Positions 34,820 through 46,680 of a stretch of DNA of 64,000 nt are shown piece by piece (within the stretch, counting starts at the first letter, position 1; every line of letters begins with the position of its first letter). The position numbers and the translations under genes are program-made. The notes beneath the pieces were generated by a model. That model was not told the origin of the DNA and did not search any database. It saw nothing but the letters and a program-made list of their open reading frames with translations. The stretch is from Piedraia hortae CBS 480.64 (Eukaryota): assembly GCA_010093745.1 (NCBI GenBank), contig MU005993.1, positions 62,001 to 126,000 on the forward strand, written 5' to 3'.

Positions 34820-35692
34820 ATGTCCAACAGCAATCCCCAAATCAACGTTCTGCTTACGACGCTCCCGGGACTCAGCCTCCCGCGAACACTTTCGCTCCAC
34901 TTTGACAGCAGCACCAGCGTCTCATGCGTTCTCAACCGAATCTACACCCTCCTCCCGCCCTCCACATGGCCGAGCATCGCAGTAGCCACAACCTCCCGCG
35001 GTCTGCCCTTACCATTGCACCGCAATATATCCGATATACTCCCTAGTGGGCGAGGCCCCATAACGCTACATCTAACCTCGCGACTTCCAGGCGGAAAAGG
35101 CGGCTTCGGGTCGCAGCTGCGAGCGGCTGGCGGGCGGATGAGCTCGCGCAAGAAGAACAGGCGGGGCAACGACGAAGACATCAACGGCTCCAACAGAAAT
35201 CTTGATGGGAGGCGTCTACGCACGGTTAATGAGGCGAAAAAGCTTGCGGAATACCTGATTGAACAGCCTGAGGCGGAAAGGAAAGAAAAGGAGAACAAGA
35301 AAAGAAAGTGGGAGGCTCTGGTGGATCTTGCGGAGAAGAAGGAGCGAGAAATTCAGGAGGCTAGTGCGAAGAGGGGCAAACTGGATGAAGATTTTGTTGA
35401 GAGGAAACGTTCGGCAGAGGAGAGGACAAAGCAGGCAGTTGTTGATGCGTTGAGGAATCATGTGGGGATGGAGAAGAAGGACGTGGTTGGGGCAAAGACG
35501 GAGGCTAATTTTTTCGGGTGGGATGATCTTGATGAGGATGATTCCAGTGATGATGATGATGATGTCAGTAGTGAGAGCAGCATGCTGGAGGAGAGTAGTG
35601 ATGAGAGTAGTTTGAGCGGTGAGGAAGAGGAGGAGAGTAGCCTGAGCAGTGAGGATGAGGAGGAAGAGAGGCAGACTGTAGCCAAGAGTTGA
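34820..35692 (+). CDS. SDE2: Sde2 (ubiquitin-fold-activated splicing/silencing factor)
   Basis: RLPGG|KGGFGSQLRAAGGRM cleavage motif, RNLDGRRLRTVNEAK and an acidic tail. Confidence 0.92.
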   Translation: MSNSNPQINVLLTTLPGLSLPRTLSLHFDSSTSVSCVLNRIYTLLPPSTWPSIAVATTSRGLPLPLHRNISDILPSGRGPITLHLTSRLPGGKGGFGSQLRAAGGRMSSRKKNRRGNDEDINGSNRNLDGRRLRTVNEAKKLAEYLIEQPEAERKEKENKKRKWEALVDLAEKKEREIQEASAKRGKLDEDFVERKRSAEERTKQAVVDALRNHVGMEKKDVVGAKTEANFFGWDDLDEDDSSDDDDDVSSESSMLEESSDESSLSGEEEEESSLSSEDEEEERQTVAKS

Positions 35693-36479
35693 CAAGACTG
35701 CTTATGATATCTGATCTATGAGTTGGTTATTTTGCCATGTACTTATGATCTTATAGCACTTTTGCTGCAGCTTGGACACCTCGATCGCAGCCGGTTACAG
35801 CTGACATTATCCTATGGTGGATGCCGATGATCCTTGAAGTTCAGCATTTAAGCTAACGAGAGCACGCACTGAGAAAGACGCAAGGATTGTTGGAGTACAG
35901 TAAGTGGCAGTAGAGAGTAAAACACCATGATACGGAGCTTAATGGATAAGCACTTCCTCGTAGACGACGGTGTGAATTGGTCTTGGAGGATCATTGGATC
36001 TCTCAGGTGGCTGTCGCAGGACGGCCAAGCTCGACACGTCAATAACCCTTCACAGAGCCATAGCAGAGGACTCTGTAGGTGGTCGAGCTTCACCCGTATC
36101 CCAAAGCTTTACAGACCATCCGAGTCTTCGAGCCTCTCCTCGCTATTGAACATGCACGACGTGAAGGCCATGGCATTGTTGTATTCTATTCGTTGACCTG
36201 GGCCAGAACGTGTGCCGAGTCCACACTGGTGTTGTTCAGGATGCTGCGGTACCAAATTTTCCAATTGTCCGTATTCAAAATGGTTGGCTGAATATCTGCA
36301 TGTTAGTCGCCAACACACGCGACTTTCATACTTCGGTATCGCTTATCCAAAGGCTTTCCATGCGTCCGTGGAGACTGTTGTTGTCATTCTCTGTGTACAT
36401 AAACGTATCCCATCGTTGGATGCGGGCTTTTCTACGTCCGCATCTTTTCTTTGCTGGGGGAAGTCCCTCCCACACAGAT

Positions 36480-36980
36480 AAAATGGGAAGTTTGAGTAAC
36501 AGCAGCTTCAGGATGAGCATCGCTTGGAGGGGACTTGCTGGCCATGGTTTCTGCACGCCTGGAATCGGATAAGGTAGTGGTGTCTATGTGTGAGGATGCA
36601 TACGCATCTATATAGCTCCTTGTGGCCCGAGTACCAAGTCCTCTGGGATTCAGTGGGCCAATAGATGGGCCGGATTGTTCCATCTATAAAGCCCCAGATG
36701 ATTTTATCATCCCGACCCTGTTTCCTCCCAATGGCTTTCATATGTTCCTCAAAGTAAAGGGCTGATCTGCCATAGTCGAGTTGGGTAACTCGGGCGATAG
36801 AGTACTATGCACCGAGCAATATCGGGAAACCCTTTGTATCGACACCTGTATTTGATACTTGATAAATCGAAAAGCTTGGTGACGCGACTGACAGCGTAAA
36901 GATGCCAAGCAGTCAAGACTTTGATGAGCCCCTGCACGACGTTAGGGACGGCGATGAAATCTATTGCAAGGTCAGTCAAT
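36480..36980 (-). mobile_element. Degenerate PIF/Harbinger-type (DDE_Tnp_4-like) transposase fragment
   Basis: Fragments FDLSSIKYRCRY...CIVLYRPSYPTRL and IIWGFIDGTIRPIYWPTESQRTWYSGHK, typical of Harbinger/IS5-like transposases; frames broken. Confidence 0.7.
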
Positions 36981-36994
36981 AATTCAGCGATGGT

Positions 36995-38700
36995 TCAATC
37001 AACCTCACCAGATGGGAGTATGTTCATGACCGTAGCTGTGGCAACCGGACCAGGATGTGGGGCATGGGTGACCGGTTTCCAACCGTCACTCATCACTGGC
37101 TGCTTCCGCCGCGGCCCAAGGTTCATCTTGTCCACAGCTAGCGCATCCTTGGCCAAGCCAGTGTGGTTCGTGACGTTGTCGAAGATCCACATGGGCTCGC
37201 GATTTCTGTGGTCGAGGACGAATGGGAATATTCGCTTCACTTTCGCAACATGCTGGCCCATGCTGGCACCATCTTAGTAACTGCCCTTGTCGACCGGCAT
37301 ATACTCATCAGAAGCGCGTGGTATGCCGAACTCTCTAAGGGCATTGTCTAAGATGCTGGCAGACACTCATTGTGGGCTGCCGGGAGCGACAGCTCCCGAC
37401 ACCATGATGTTAAAAAACCTGCTTTAACGAGAGTTGGTCGATATCCTCTTCAAGCTTGTCGTGCATCTTTGTTAGGCACCCAGCCATTACTCGCCAGCCG
37501 CGGTCTTGGGCTTGGCTTCTGGAGGTTTCCAACACGTCTGATTCTCGCCTGCGCGCCTCAAGGATGATCAGGATTTCCGATGGCGCGGAGATCGCCTTGG
37601 CCGCACTTAAGAGGCGTGCAGCTTCGTCAAAAGGTTGTACCCTTCACCTTCGGTCGTAGATGCATATGCTCCTGATGTACTCATGTGAAGCGTCTTCTGT
37701 TATCGTGAAAGGTGCATTCATCGTGGGCAAGCGGAATGTATCGCGTCTGACCGTTGGGCAAAAGCGGCTCATCGGCCGGATTCCCGTCCTCTGTCCATTT
37801 AACAAAGAGTGGAGTGAGGCGCTCCCACTCTCCCAAGTTCTCCTGACGTGACTTCACCACGTCCGGAAGAATGTGCCCACATGAAATCACCACAGAACTT
37901 CCAGTCCTCCAAATGTACCGAGCTTCGTTATGTGCTTAAGGATAAGTATCTTCTCTAAGACATGTCAGCTCAGGTGTAGAGGACGTGCGCCATCTTTCTT
38001 GAGTATGCCGTGAGACAATCTATCATTTCTATGTCGGTGTACTAGCAAAGTCCCACTTGTTCAAAGAGTGCGAGTCCATGCCATTTTGCCCGATCTTAAG
38101 ATACCGTTGCCGAGAAACTGGATCCACCAAACATAGTTGACATGATATTGACACTGACCAGCGCAATGCTTGAAAACCAGTCGAATCGACTCCGCAATTG
38201 TCCCTCAATGAAGGTAAACCGGTCATGATTTCGTACGAGAAACGCGAATTGAAACCTACAGACCAGTTGATTCCCACCGCACACACCTCCACTATACGTG
38301 TCGGGCCGTTGGCGATAATTCTTCCTTGACCTTATCTTCTTTGACAGCTACGGGAGCAGGAATAGTATCATACTTTATTGCAGACTTTAAGCACTTATCT
38401 GCAGGGGCAGCAGCCGCCTTAGACTTTTCCTCGGAAGTGGGCGAAAACAGCTTAGGGTTGACGACTGCCGGAGCTGTTGAGACGTTTTGTTCAACCTCTG
38501 GAGCCGCAGAAGTATCAATGTTAATACTTTCATTTGCAGTCTCTTCTACAGGCGTATCCTCTTCATTGTGCGGTGAGACAGTAGAAGTGGGATTCTCCCA
38601 AGGCTACGCAGGCACACGACTGGCCTATCGCTTCCGCCGTGCGATCGCCGCGCTCTTTTCCTTCGTGCTAACTCTTTTTTGGAAAGTCGGGGCATTGTTG
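36995..38700 (-). mobile_element. Degenerate IS630/Tc1/mariner-like DDE transposase relic
   Basis: Ordered motifs on the minus strand: AHDECTF, LRPKVKG..IMVS, KGSY*DG and WIFDNVTNH..DALAVDKMNLGPRRKQPVMSDGW; basic N-terminus MPRLSKKELARRKRAR near 38696; many stops and frameshifts. Confidence 0.65.
37411..37639. mobile_element. Putative TA-flanked MITE-like insertion inside the transposase relic
   Basis: TA at 37411-12 and 37638-39; imperfect inverted ends AAAAACCTGCTTTAACGA / TCGTCAAAAGGTTG. Removing it rejoins RPKVKG-NIMVS in frame. Confidence 0.5.
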
Positions 38701-39263
38701 CGTTTTGCTGGTGAAGAACAGTGCACCTTGGGGAAACGAATTTTTGCCAAGAAAGTGCAGGGTCGCCTTAACGATTAGTCATCGTTATAAACCCATCTGG
38801 CGGAATGGAATGGGTGATATGCACCGTTTGCGGCTAGTGCAGGTGCGGGGAACACCACTTCAGGCGACTCACAAGAATTGTTCCAAGATTTGGTTGGCAT
38901 GAATACAGTTCCACGAGTACCAAGGCAATTGGAGGAACCGAGGAACATGATCCATCAGCCCATGGCTTGCTAAGCGGTTGCAGCGTCAGGGCGCCTTGAG
39001 GCTGTCAGACTGATGCTAAGTCAGCAATCACTCTCATGTCGACAACGTTCCCGATTTGCAAATACGGGAACGGTGACGATGGTTTTCATCACTAGAAAAA
39101 CCGAACTCTTCGACATTCCCCGTGGTTGTGACCTGTGCCCCGATGCGGGGTTGCTGATCGTTATCTCATCTATCTGGATTTGCGGGGCAATGCATATCAA
39201 GTGCAGCCGCCGTGGCGACCAGCAAGGTGAAGATGAAAGTGATCATTCCAGCTCTTCGCCCAA

Positions 39264-40903
39264 ATGAAAGGCCCGAGCCCAACTACCGAAGACGTTGAAT
39301 ATGGCGGCATCGTCGTGGCCACGGGTGAGAGCAAGAATGAAATCAACGCCTCAGGCCACATCCAAGAGCTGAACCGCAACTTCAGTCTCCTGTCGTTAGC
39401 TGGCGTGGGCCTTTCTGTTGGAAATGTATGGCCAGCAATTGGAGGATCAATCGTAGTTGCCATCTTTAATGGCGGGCCTCCAGGCGTCCTGTACGAGTTT
39501 CTCACAGTCTCCGTCTTCTACTGGTTTGTAGCAGCCTCTCTCGCCGAACTGGCATCTGCCATTCCCTCATCGGCGAGCGTCTACCAGTGGGCCACCATCA
39601 CCCCAGGACGCAAATGGGGCAGACCGATAGGGTTCTTTGCCGGCTACTGGAACTGGTTAGGGTGGACGATTGGTGATGCGGCCATGACAGCCATCGTATC
39701 CCAGAGTATCGTGCAAATGTGGGCAGCGAACCACGCAGATTTCAAACCCAAGGCATGGCACGTCTTTGTCATCTACACTATCATAACATGGATTGCATGC
39801 TTGACCGTCTGCTTCTTCAACGTTGCCGTGCCGTATTTCAACAAAGCAGGCATCTTCTTCGTCTTGGCTGGCTATACAGTCATCCTAATCACGGTAACCG
39901 TTATGCCATCACGCTCACTCGGCGGAAAAGGCCACGCAAGCTCCTCAGTAGTCTGGAAAGAGTGGAAAGCTGATCTCGGCTACCCAGACGGCTTCGTCTT
40001 CATTTCCGGCATGCTGAACGGTGCATACTCGGTCGGCACTCCCGATTGCACCACACATCTCGCCGAAGAAATCCCACATCCGGAGCGAAACGTCCCAATT
40101 GCCATCCTCTGCCAAATGGCCATAGGCTTCGTGACAGGCTTCAGCTACCTCATTGCCATCCTATACGCCATCAACGACTACGACGCCCTCCTCAACTCCA
40201 CCTACCCAATCGCAGAAATCTACCATCAAGCCACTGGCTCCGCAGCGGGAACCACAGGTCTACTATTCCCCATCATGCTCTGCATATTCATGTGCGTATT
40301 GGGCTCGTACGTGACCTGCGGCCGGGCATTATGGACTCTCGCCCGCGACGGAGCCACGCCCTTTCCATCATTTGTTGGAAAAGTCCACCCCAACCTCGCC
40401 GTGCCGTTCAACGCTACCCTTCTGTGTGCCGTGCTTATCACAGTCCTCGGCGCGATATACATGGGTAGCACCACCGCGTTCAACGCTTTTGCTGGCAGCT
40501 ACATCCTCTTCTCCTCCAGCAGTTACATCGCTGCGATTTTGCCGAATTTGCTCTGTGGCCGGAGACATGTCCCCGCTTGCGGAGCGTTCAAGCTCAAGGG
40601 GTGGAGTGGGCATTTTGTCAATGCTGTAGCGTGCGGGTATCTGGTTATGTGGTTTGTGGTGTATTGTTTTCCATTTTCGTTGCCGACGGATAGGAAGAAG
40701 ATGAACTATGGGGTTGTGCTTTGGGGTGGGTTTACGCTCATTGTGGCTGCGTGGTGGGTGGTTACGGCTCGGAAGGGGTACGTTTGGGCATGCTTTGAGA
40801 GGGGAAGTGATGCTGACGTGATTTCAGGTACGAGGGGCCGCCTCTGGTTGTTCCGGAGGAGGGTCATGGGAAAAGGGAGTTTAAAGTGGTTCAAGTCAAT
40901 TAG
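39264..40903 (+). CDS. APC-superfamily amino acid/choline permease (Hnm1/Uga4-like)
   Basis: NASGHIQELNRNFSLLS, NGGPPGVLYE, SLAELASAIPS, HLAEEIPHPERNVP and ARDGATPF; last intron 40778-40827 gives the C-terminus GYEGPPL...VN*. Confidence 0.9.
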
Positions 40904-43338
40904 AAGATGCTGTTTTGGATATACTCCTGCTTTCACTTCCTTTTTCGCTGGCGATCTTTTCTAGCTGCCTATATCTTCTGGCAAGCCGACTCATGTATAA
41001 AGAAGGGCCCGAGTTTCGGTTGGATTCGTCCGCGAGGTCCTGGCAAGGTGGTTCAGGGAGCTCCGGCCGAGCATTACTGGAACCATGGTAGCCCAACACG
41101 AAGGAGGAGGAGGAGGTTCTATGTCCATTTAAGGAAGGCTCAATCATCCCAAGAGTAATGTCATAGTCATCCCGCAAACCTCAGCGTGGGCTTTGGGCAT
41201 TGCATTCGTCCGAAACCCTGTTCAGCTCTCGACCGCCGCGTTGGTGGGCCGTTGAAAGACGACATTCTAAATCTCGGCTTTGGCTTGGTCTGCTACCGAT
41301 GAAGGGGCTACAGACCGCTACTGAGATAGATCTAGTTATACCTGGCTCGAGGTGGTTGTTTGTTTGCTCTGGAGCGCATGGCAGAGCCTATAGGCAAATG
41401 ACTTGATTTAATCGCGAATGCATCTCAAGTACAGTATTCTCTTCACAAAACCCTTTGAAGCTTAACTTTGATGCATTCAGGATTTGCAACACGTTCACAT
41501 GCATTGGCTGCGACGTGACGCCACCAAGCATAGCAAGATTCTCTTAAGGTGATGTCTCGGACGAATTTGCGAGTTTACGATACCAGACTTTTCAGGTCGA
41601 AAATGACACCAAGCTAGAGCTGCATCTCCGAGAATGTGCGTTGACTAAAGCTAAGCGAGTCGGCTTGTTGGGTACAGCCAACATTCACATGGTGGCTTGA
41701 GAGGTTAGCAAATCCTTTTGGCTGCGTCAAATTGGCGACATATGTGCGGCTTGTGTTAAGGCTCTACTTATTCTGTAGACCAACAGGGCTCGTGGGGCAC
41801 CTGTAAGACCAGACCTAAGACGTGATGGAAAATAGAAGTGAAGGCAATCATACTTGACGGAGGAGCCTTTTTCGTCCGGAGTGGTATAGCCCGCATTAGG
41901 TAGATCAATTGTGTGAGGATGTCAATTGCACAGATCTGTGCCAGTCTTCCATTTCAACCTGGCTTGCCAACAGCATCGCTTGGATAGTTTGAGCACCTGC
42001 CACATCTGCCGATGATCTCTCATGTCCGCGCATTTGTGGCTGTCGATGAAGATGTGGGGATGCAAGGCACGTAAATCAATCCCTACCCTTAGAGAGGTAC
42101 ATAATCGGAGTGCCTTCCCAACGACCGCAAAAGTGCGTACATGATGAAGTTGGGATTGAGTTGATGCAAACAATGAAATTCTCTTTCAGGCTTGGAAAGA
42201 GAGCTTTCTCAAGTTGTACAGCCACATCGCTCAAAGATGTTGACGTTTCACATATCGCTTGCGATGATGACGTTTGTAATCACGTGGCTTCGGAGATTTT
42301 GCACTGCACGTGGAATTTAGCGCTGTGAGTACTCTGCATCAGAGTGCCTGATATGTTACCAGTTAGTGTTAGCGCTTCCAGGAAAAGAGACATCATTGTG
42401 GGTCTTGGTAAGCGCTAATTTCGATCAGCTCTCAGACAAGGCAATTAGACTGGAAGTAGCCCCAGCCAAGTCGTAGTAGGATAGATCTCAGATATGTGGC
42501 GGCAAACCTACGAGTTGACGCGAGGGAAATTGGGCGGGTGACTACATGAAAAGGCCTCAGCCTGCGCCGCACAAGCCGTGGCTTGTGAAGCGAGAGGCAC
42601 ATGCAGCGCTGCAAAAAGTCAATCGTGGCTTACCATTTGGCAGGTGCAACGGCAGGTCTGCCGGGGACCCATGGCTGTACCGGGTTTTTTTAACCACTGC
42701 TTCGGTGCCAAGACTGGTACATGTGATTTACCCTGAGTATCTAGCCTTGTCAGTCTGCTTACCAGACCCAGCTAATGACGTACCGAGTAGACTCATGACC
42801 GCATCCATCCAGCAGCCTGGCCAATTATCGTCCCCACCCGGTGAATTGGAGGCTGCTGGCTCCGCGGTCTTGGCGTCATCATTATCCCGAGGTGCGGCCG
42901 ATTCCGTGGTCTGTGCCCTCCACCGGCTCACAATTTCAACCTTTGCACCATACTTCACCAACCTTCAATCTACCCTTTTGCACTCACAGCAAATTCCCTC
43001 ATCCTAACATTTTCCCACAGCTAGATGCTATGCGAACTTGTTACTGCTGATCATACTCTCCCTTCCAACAATCCTGATCCTGCTCGCTTGTCGGTGATTA
43101 GTCGACGTCAGCACTAAGAGAGCCCCAACGCAGCAACCCGCCGAAGCACCCAAACGCAGCACTCCACCGAAGAACCCAAACGCAGCCAACCCCAACGCAA
43201 CAACTGATCATAATTACGCCCTGCGTAATATCGACGTAGCTCATTGTAGCTGCCATAGCGACCGACCCATAGCGACTGTGACTACGTATCGACCGTAGAA
43301 CGCCGTAGCGGTAAATCGAAGTAACAGTATCGTCTATC

Positions 43339-45102
43339 ATGGCTTCTTTGATGAAATCGATGAACCTGTTCGCCAAGCATGACGTATCCGAATTCCCCGG
43401 AGTTCTGATCTCTCTGGAAGAGGCTCATCATGTCGCTGCCAAGGAATCCAAGACTGACGAAGTCGTTGATGATGGACGTTCTGGCAGCAGTCAGCCCGGC
43501 CTCACTCTTGATACTCTGCGAGCAGAGGTTGAAGATGATTTAGCCGCTGGCGGCCATGACACTGCTTACGACCGGAAGGCCAAAGTCATTAATCGAGCCA
43601 TCCAAGATATTGGAATGGGTCCATATCAATGGAAGCTCTTCGTACTTTGTGGATTTGGCTGGATGGCTGATAACATCTGGCTCCAATCGGTAGCCTTGAC
43701 TCTGCCGTCAGTCTCGGCTGAATTTGGTGTCGCCAGTACCCACGTCCGATACACGACCATGTGTCTCTTCATTGGACTCTGCATAGGAGCAAGCTTCTGG
43801 GGCATTGCTTCGGACGTTATTGGCCGCCGCTTGGCTTTTAACTTCACGCTCTTTCTCGCCGGTGTCTTTGGACTCGCTTCTGCCGGTGCGCCCTCTTGGA
43901 TTGGCGTCTGCGCTCTGTATGCTTGCGTGGGCCTTGGCATTGGAGGAAATCTGCCCGTTGATGGTGCCCTCTTTCTTGAATTTCTGCCTTTTGCATCGGG
44001 CAATTTGCTGACATTGCTATCCGTTTGGTGGCCGGTAGGCCAACTGATTGCATCACTTGTCGCTTGGCCGCTGATCACCAAATTTGGTTGCGACTCGACG
44101 CTCAAGTCCTGCGCTGTGGTCAGCAACGGCGAACCCTGCTGCGGAAAAAGCAACAACATGGGGTGGCGATACTTCATCCTCACCATGGGCGCATTAACCT
44201 TCTTCTTCTTCATCTGCCGGTTCGTCTTCTTCCACCTTTTCGAATCGCCCAAGTTTTTGCTCTCCCGGGGACGCCAGTCTGAAGCTGTTGCCGTTGTACA
44301 TGGAATCGCCTATCATAACAAGGCGAAGACGTGGCTCACAGAAGATATTCTCAACGAAATTGGTGGGCATCCTGATGTCGCCGTCGACGATCGTCTTGGG
44401 ACGACGGAGATTATTCGTCGAAGCCTGTCCAAGTTCTCCACTCAGCGTGTTGGGCCTTTGTTCCATGGCCGGAAACTTGCAATGTCGACGATTCTCATCT
44501 GGACAATCTGGGCTGCTATCGGCATGGGCTACCCTCTCTTCAATGCCTTTTTGCCGCAGTATCTATCGCAGTCCGGTGGGGGTAAGCCTGAGCCGCCCAG
44601 CGTGACCTACCGAAACTACGCAATCACCTCCATCGTCGGTGTTCCGGGATCCATCATTGCCTGCTTCACTGTTGAGATTCGATACCTTGGCCGTAAGGGC
44701 ACAATGGCTATCAGCACCCTGATTACTGGTATATTCCTGTTCCTGTTCACCATCTCCCCGAATCCAAACTTCCAACTTGCCTTTTCTTCGCTAGAGGGCT
44801 TGTTCCAGAACGTTGCATACGGGGTAAGTCCTTTTGCTTCATGAAAGAGGCTTGAAGGCTAATATAACCAGGTCCTTTACGCTTACACACCGGAAGTCTT
44901 CCCGGCACCGAACCGTGGGAGCGGTACGGGCATTGCAAGCTTCCTCAACCGTGTGGCCGGTCTATGCGCACCCATCATCGCTGTCAATACTGCGACAGCA
45001 AATCCAAAGTCACCAATCTACGCCTCTGGCGCGCTGTTTTTCATCGCATTTCTGGCCATGATTGGGCTGCCTATCGAGACCAGAGGAAGGCAATCTCTGT
45101 GA
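43339..45102 (+). CDS. MFS transporter (SV2/SVOP-like sugar/organic-ion family)
   Basis: IQDIGMGPYQWKLFVLCGFGWMADN, SDVIGRRLAFN, GGNLPVD and ESPKFL; intron 44824-44871; ends LPIETRGRQSL*. Confidence 0.9.
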
Positions 45103-45297
45103 GATCTTCAACAGATTGTATGTATGTGATGAAACACGATTGAATACGAATAAACGCGCAATCTCTCCACGGAATGCTGATGCCGATCGCGCCACTGCCC
45201 TTGCTTCACGTGCTGGGCCCCTGATCTAAACCTGATGCAACAGAAACCGAACACGCGACTGGGAGAGCAGACGTTTCACACATGGTAAAGGATCACA

Positions 45298-46357
45298 TCA
45301 TTGCATATCATCCCATCTTCCCTTCCTCAGCGGATCAATCTTTTGCAACGTGGTTATCCACTCTCTCCTCTCATCCTCTTCCACATGACCCTGCAGATCA
45401 CAGCATTGCAAGAGCGCCAGGAAGAGGTACTTGCTCATCTCACCTTCATCTTTCATTTCGCGTAGATTATCCAATTCCTTCTTTACAAAGTGATGATCCT
45501 CCTGCTTATCGGGTCCCACAAAATCCAGCAGAAAGGAATGATAGAACCAAAGACTCTGATCCGCCGGGTCAGTCCAGAGCGCGGTAGTAACCCACTCGAA
45601 CTCCTTTTCCAAAATCTCGTTTCTCTTGTCATCTCCCCTATCGCTGATAACTTTTGGCAACAGCTCACTCCGTCTATGCCAAGCCGAGAAGTTGCTCAAA
45701 TCCCTCTTGACCATATCCGTCGTGTAAGCCCATTCACTTTCCGTCATAGACGTATCCCTCAACTTCTCCAGCTCAGCCACAGCAAGGCGTCTGTAACCCC
45801 AACCATGAAAGTTCCTATTGTCTAGGGACAACATCTTCCCGACCAAACCCAGCTCCGTCTCCCAAAGAGCGGCAGCCATCTGGGAAGGCAGCATTTCCGT
45901 GGCCGTGCGAAGCAGCCACAGCCGATGATTCCAGATCCAGTAGCATTTGGGCGTCTGTTTCAGCAGCGGCAGAGTGGATTGCAAATCCTCGTTGATGAGG
46001 AGGGATATTTCCTTTTGCCCTTCTGTACAACCCTCGGACAGCACGCCATTTTTACCTGCTTCCTTGGTGAAGTAGTCCCCCAGTAGGATCCGGCGCCAGT
46101 TCCAGACGGTGTAGTACTCGGGGTTCATCCCCAGCAGGGCAAGGATTAGGGTATACGTTTCATGGGAGAAGTCTTTGTCGCGCATTCGCTGCCGCACGCT
46201 GTCTTCTAAGGATCTGTATTTCTCGATCTGCGCGCGTTCTTTGGCTTGTGCTGCTGAGGATTTGGGTAGGGCTGGTGCAGATGGCCGTGGGACGCCGTGC
46301 TGCATCAATTTGTTAACACGGAAGGGAAGGGATGGAAGAAGGACATACGCTGACCAT
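45298..46357 (-). CDS. BET4: Rab geranylgeranyltransferase alpha subunit
   Basis: MVS exon 46357-46349, intron 46348-46300, then HGVPR; prenyltransferase alpha repeats NPEYYTVWNWRR, PKCYWIWNHR, DNRNFHGWGYRR, SNFSAWHRR and DPADQSLWFYH. Confidence 0.92.
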
Positions 46358-46680
46358 GGCTTTGGGGAAAATCACTCGACGTCCTCCCTATCTTGATGGT
46401 TGCACATGCCGTGCTGTTCAATGCCAAGCTCTGATTGGGTGGCATCCAGCGGACGCTAGTGGCTGCTCGGATGTGTTGTTCCAAGTCACCGCTTAGTCAG
46501 CGTTCAGCAGGACATCACCAATTGGTCTGCAGATGGAAGGAGCGGCCATGCTTTCTTCAATCGATGATTCATCTCCAATTATGCTCTTTAATGGAGCAGA
46601 AAAGTTCAACATTCATAATTGGCCACTAGCCAAACAGAACAAAAGGGTTATTTATCCTTACTGCCTCCAACCGGATCTAC

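Noticed and set aside
38326..38778. 150-aa plus-strand ORF
   Set aside because: Antisense to the low-complexity N-terminal part of the transposon relic.
41000..42500. Possible decayed gene between the permease and the MFS transporter
   Set aside because: Only short stop-riddled frames; no family motif recognised.
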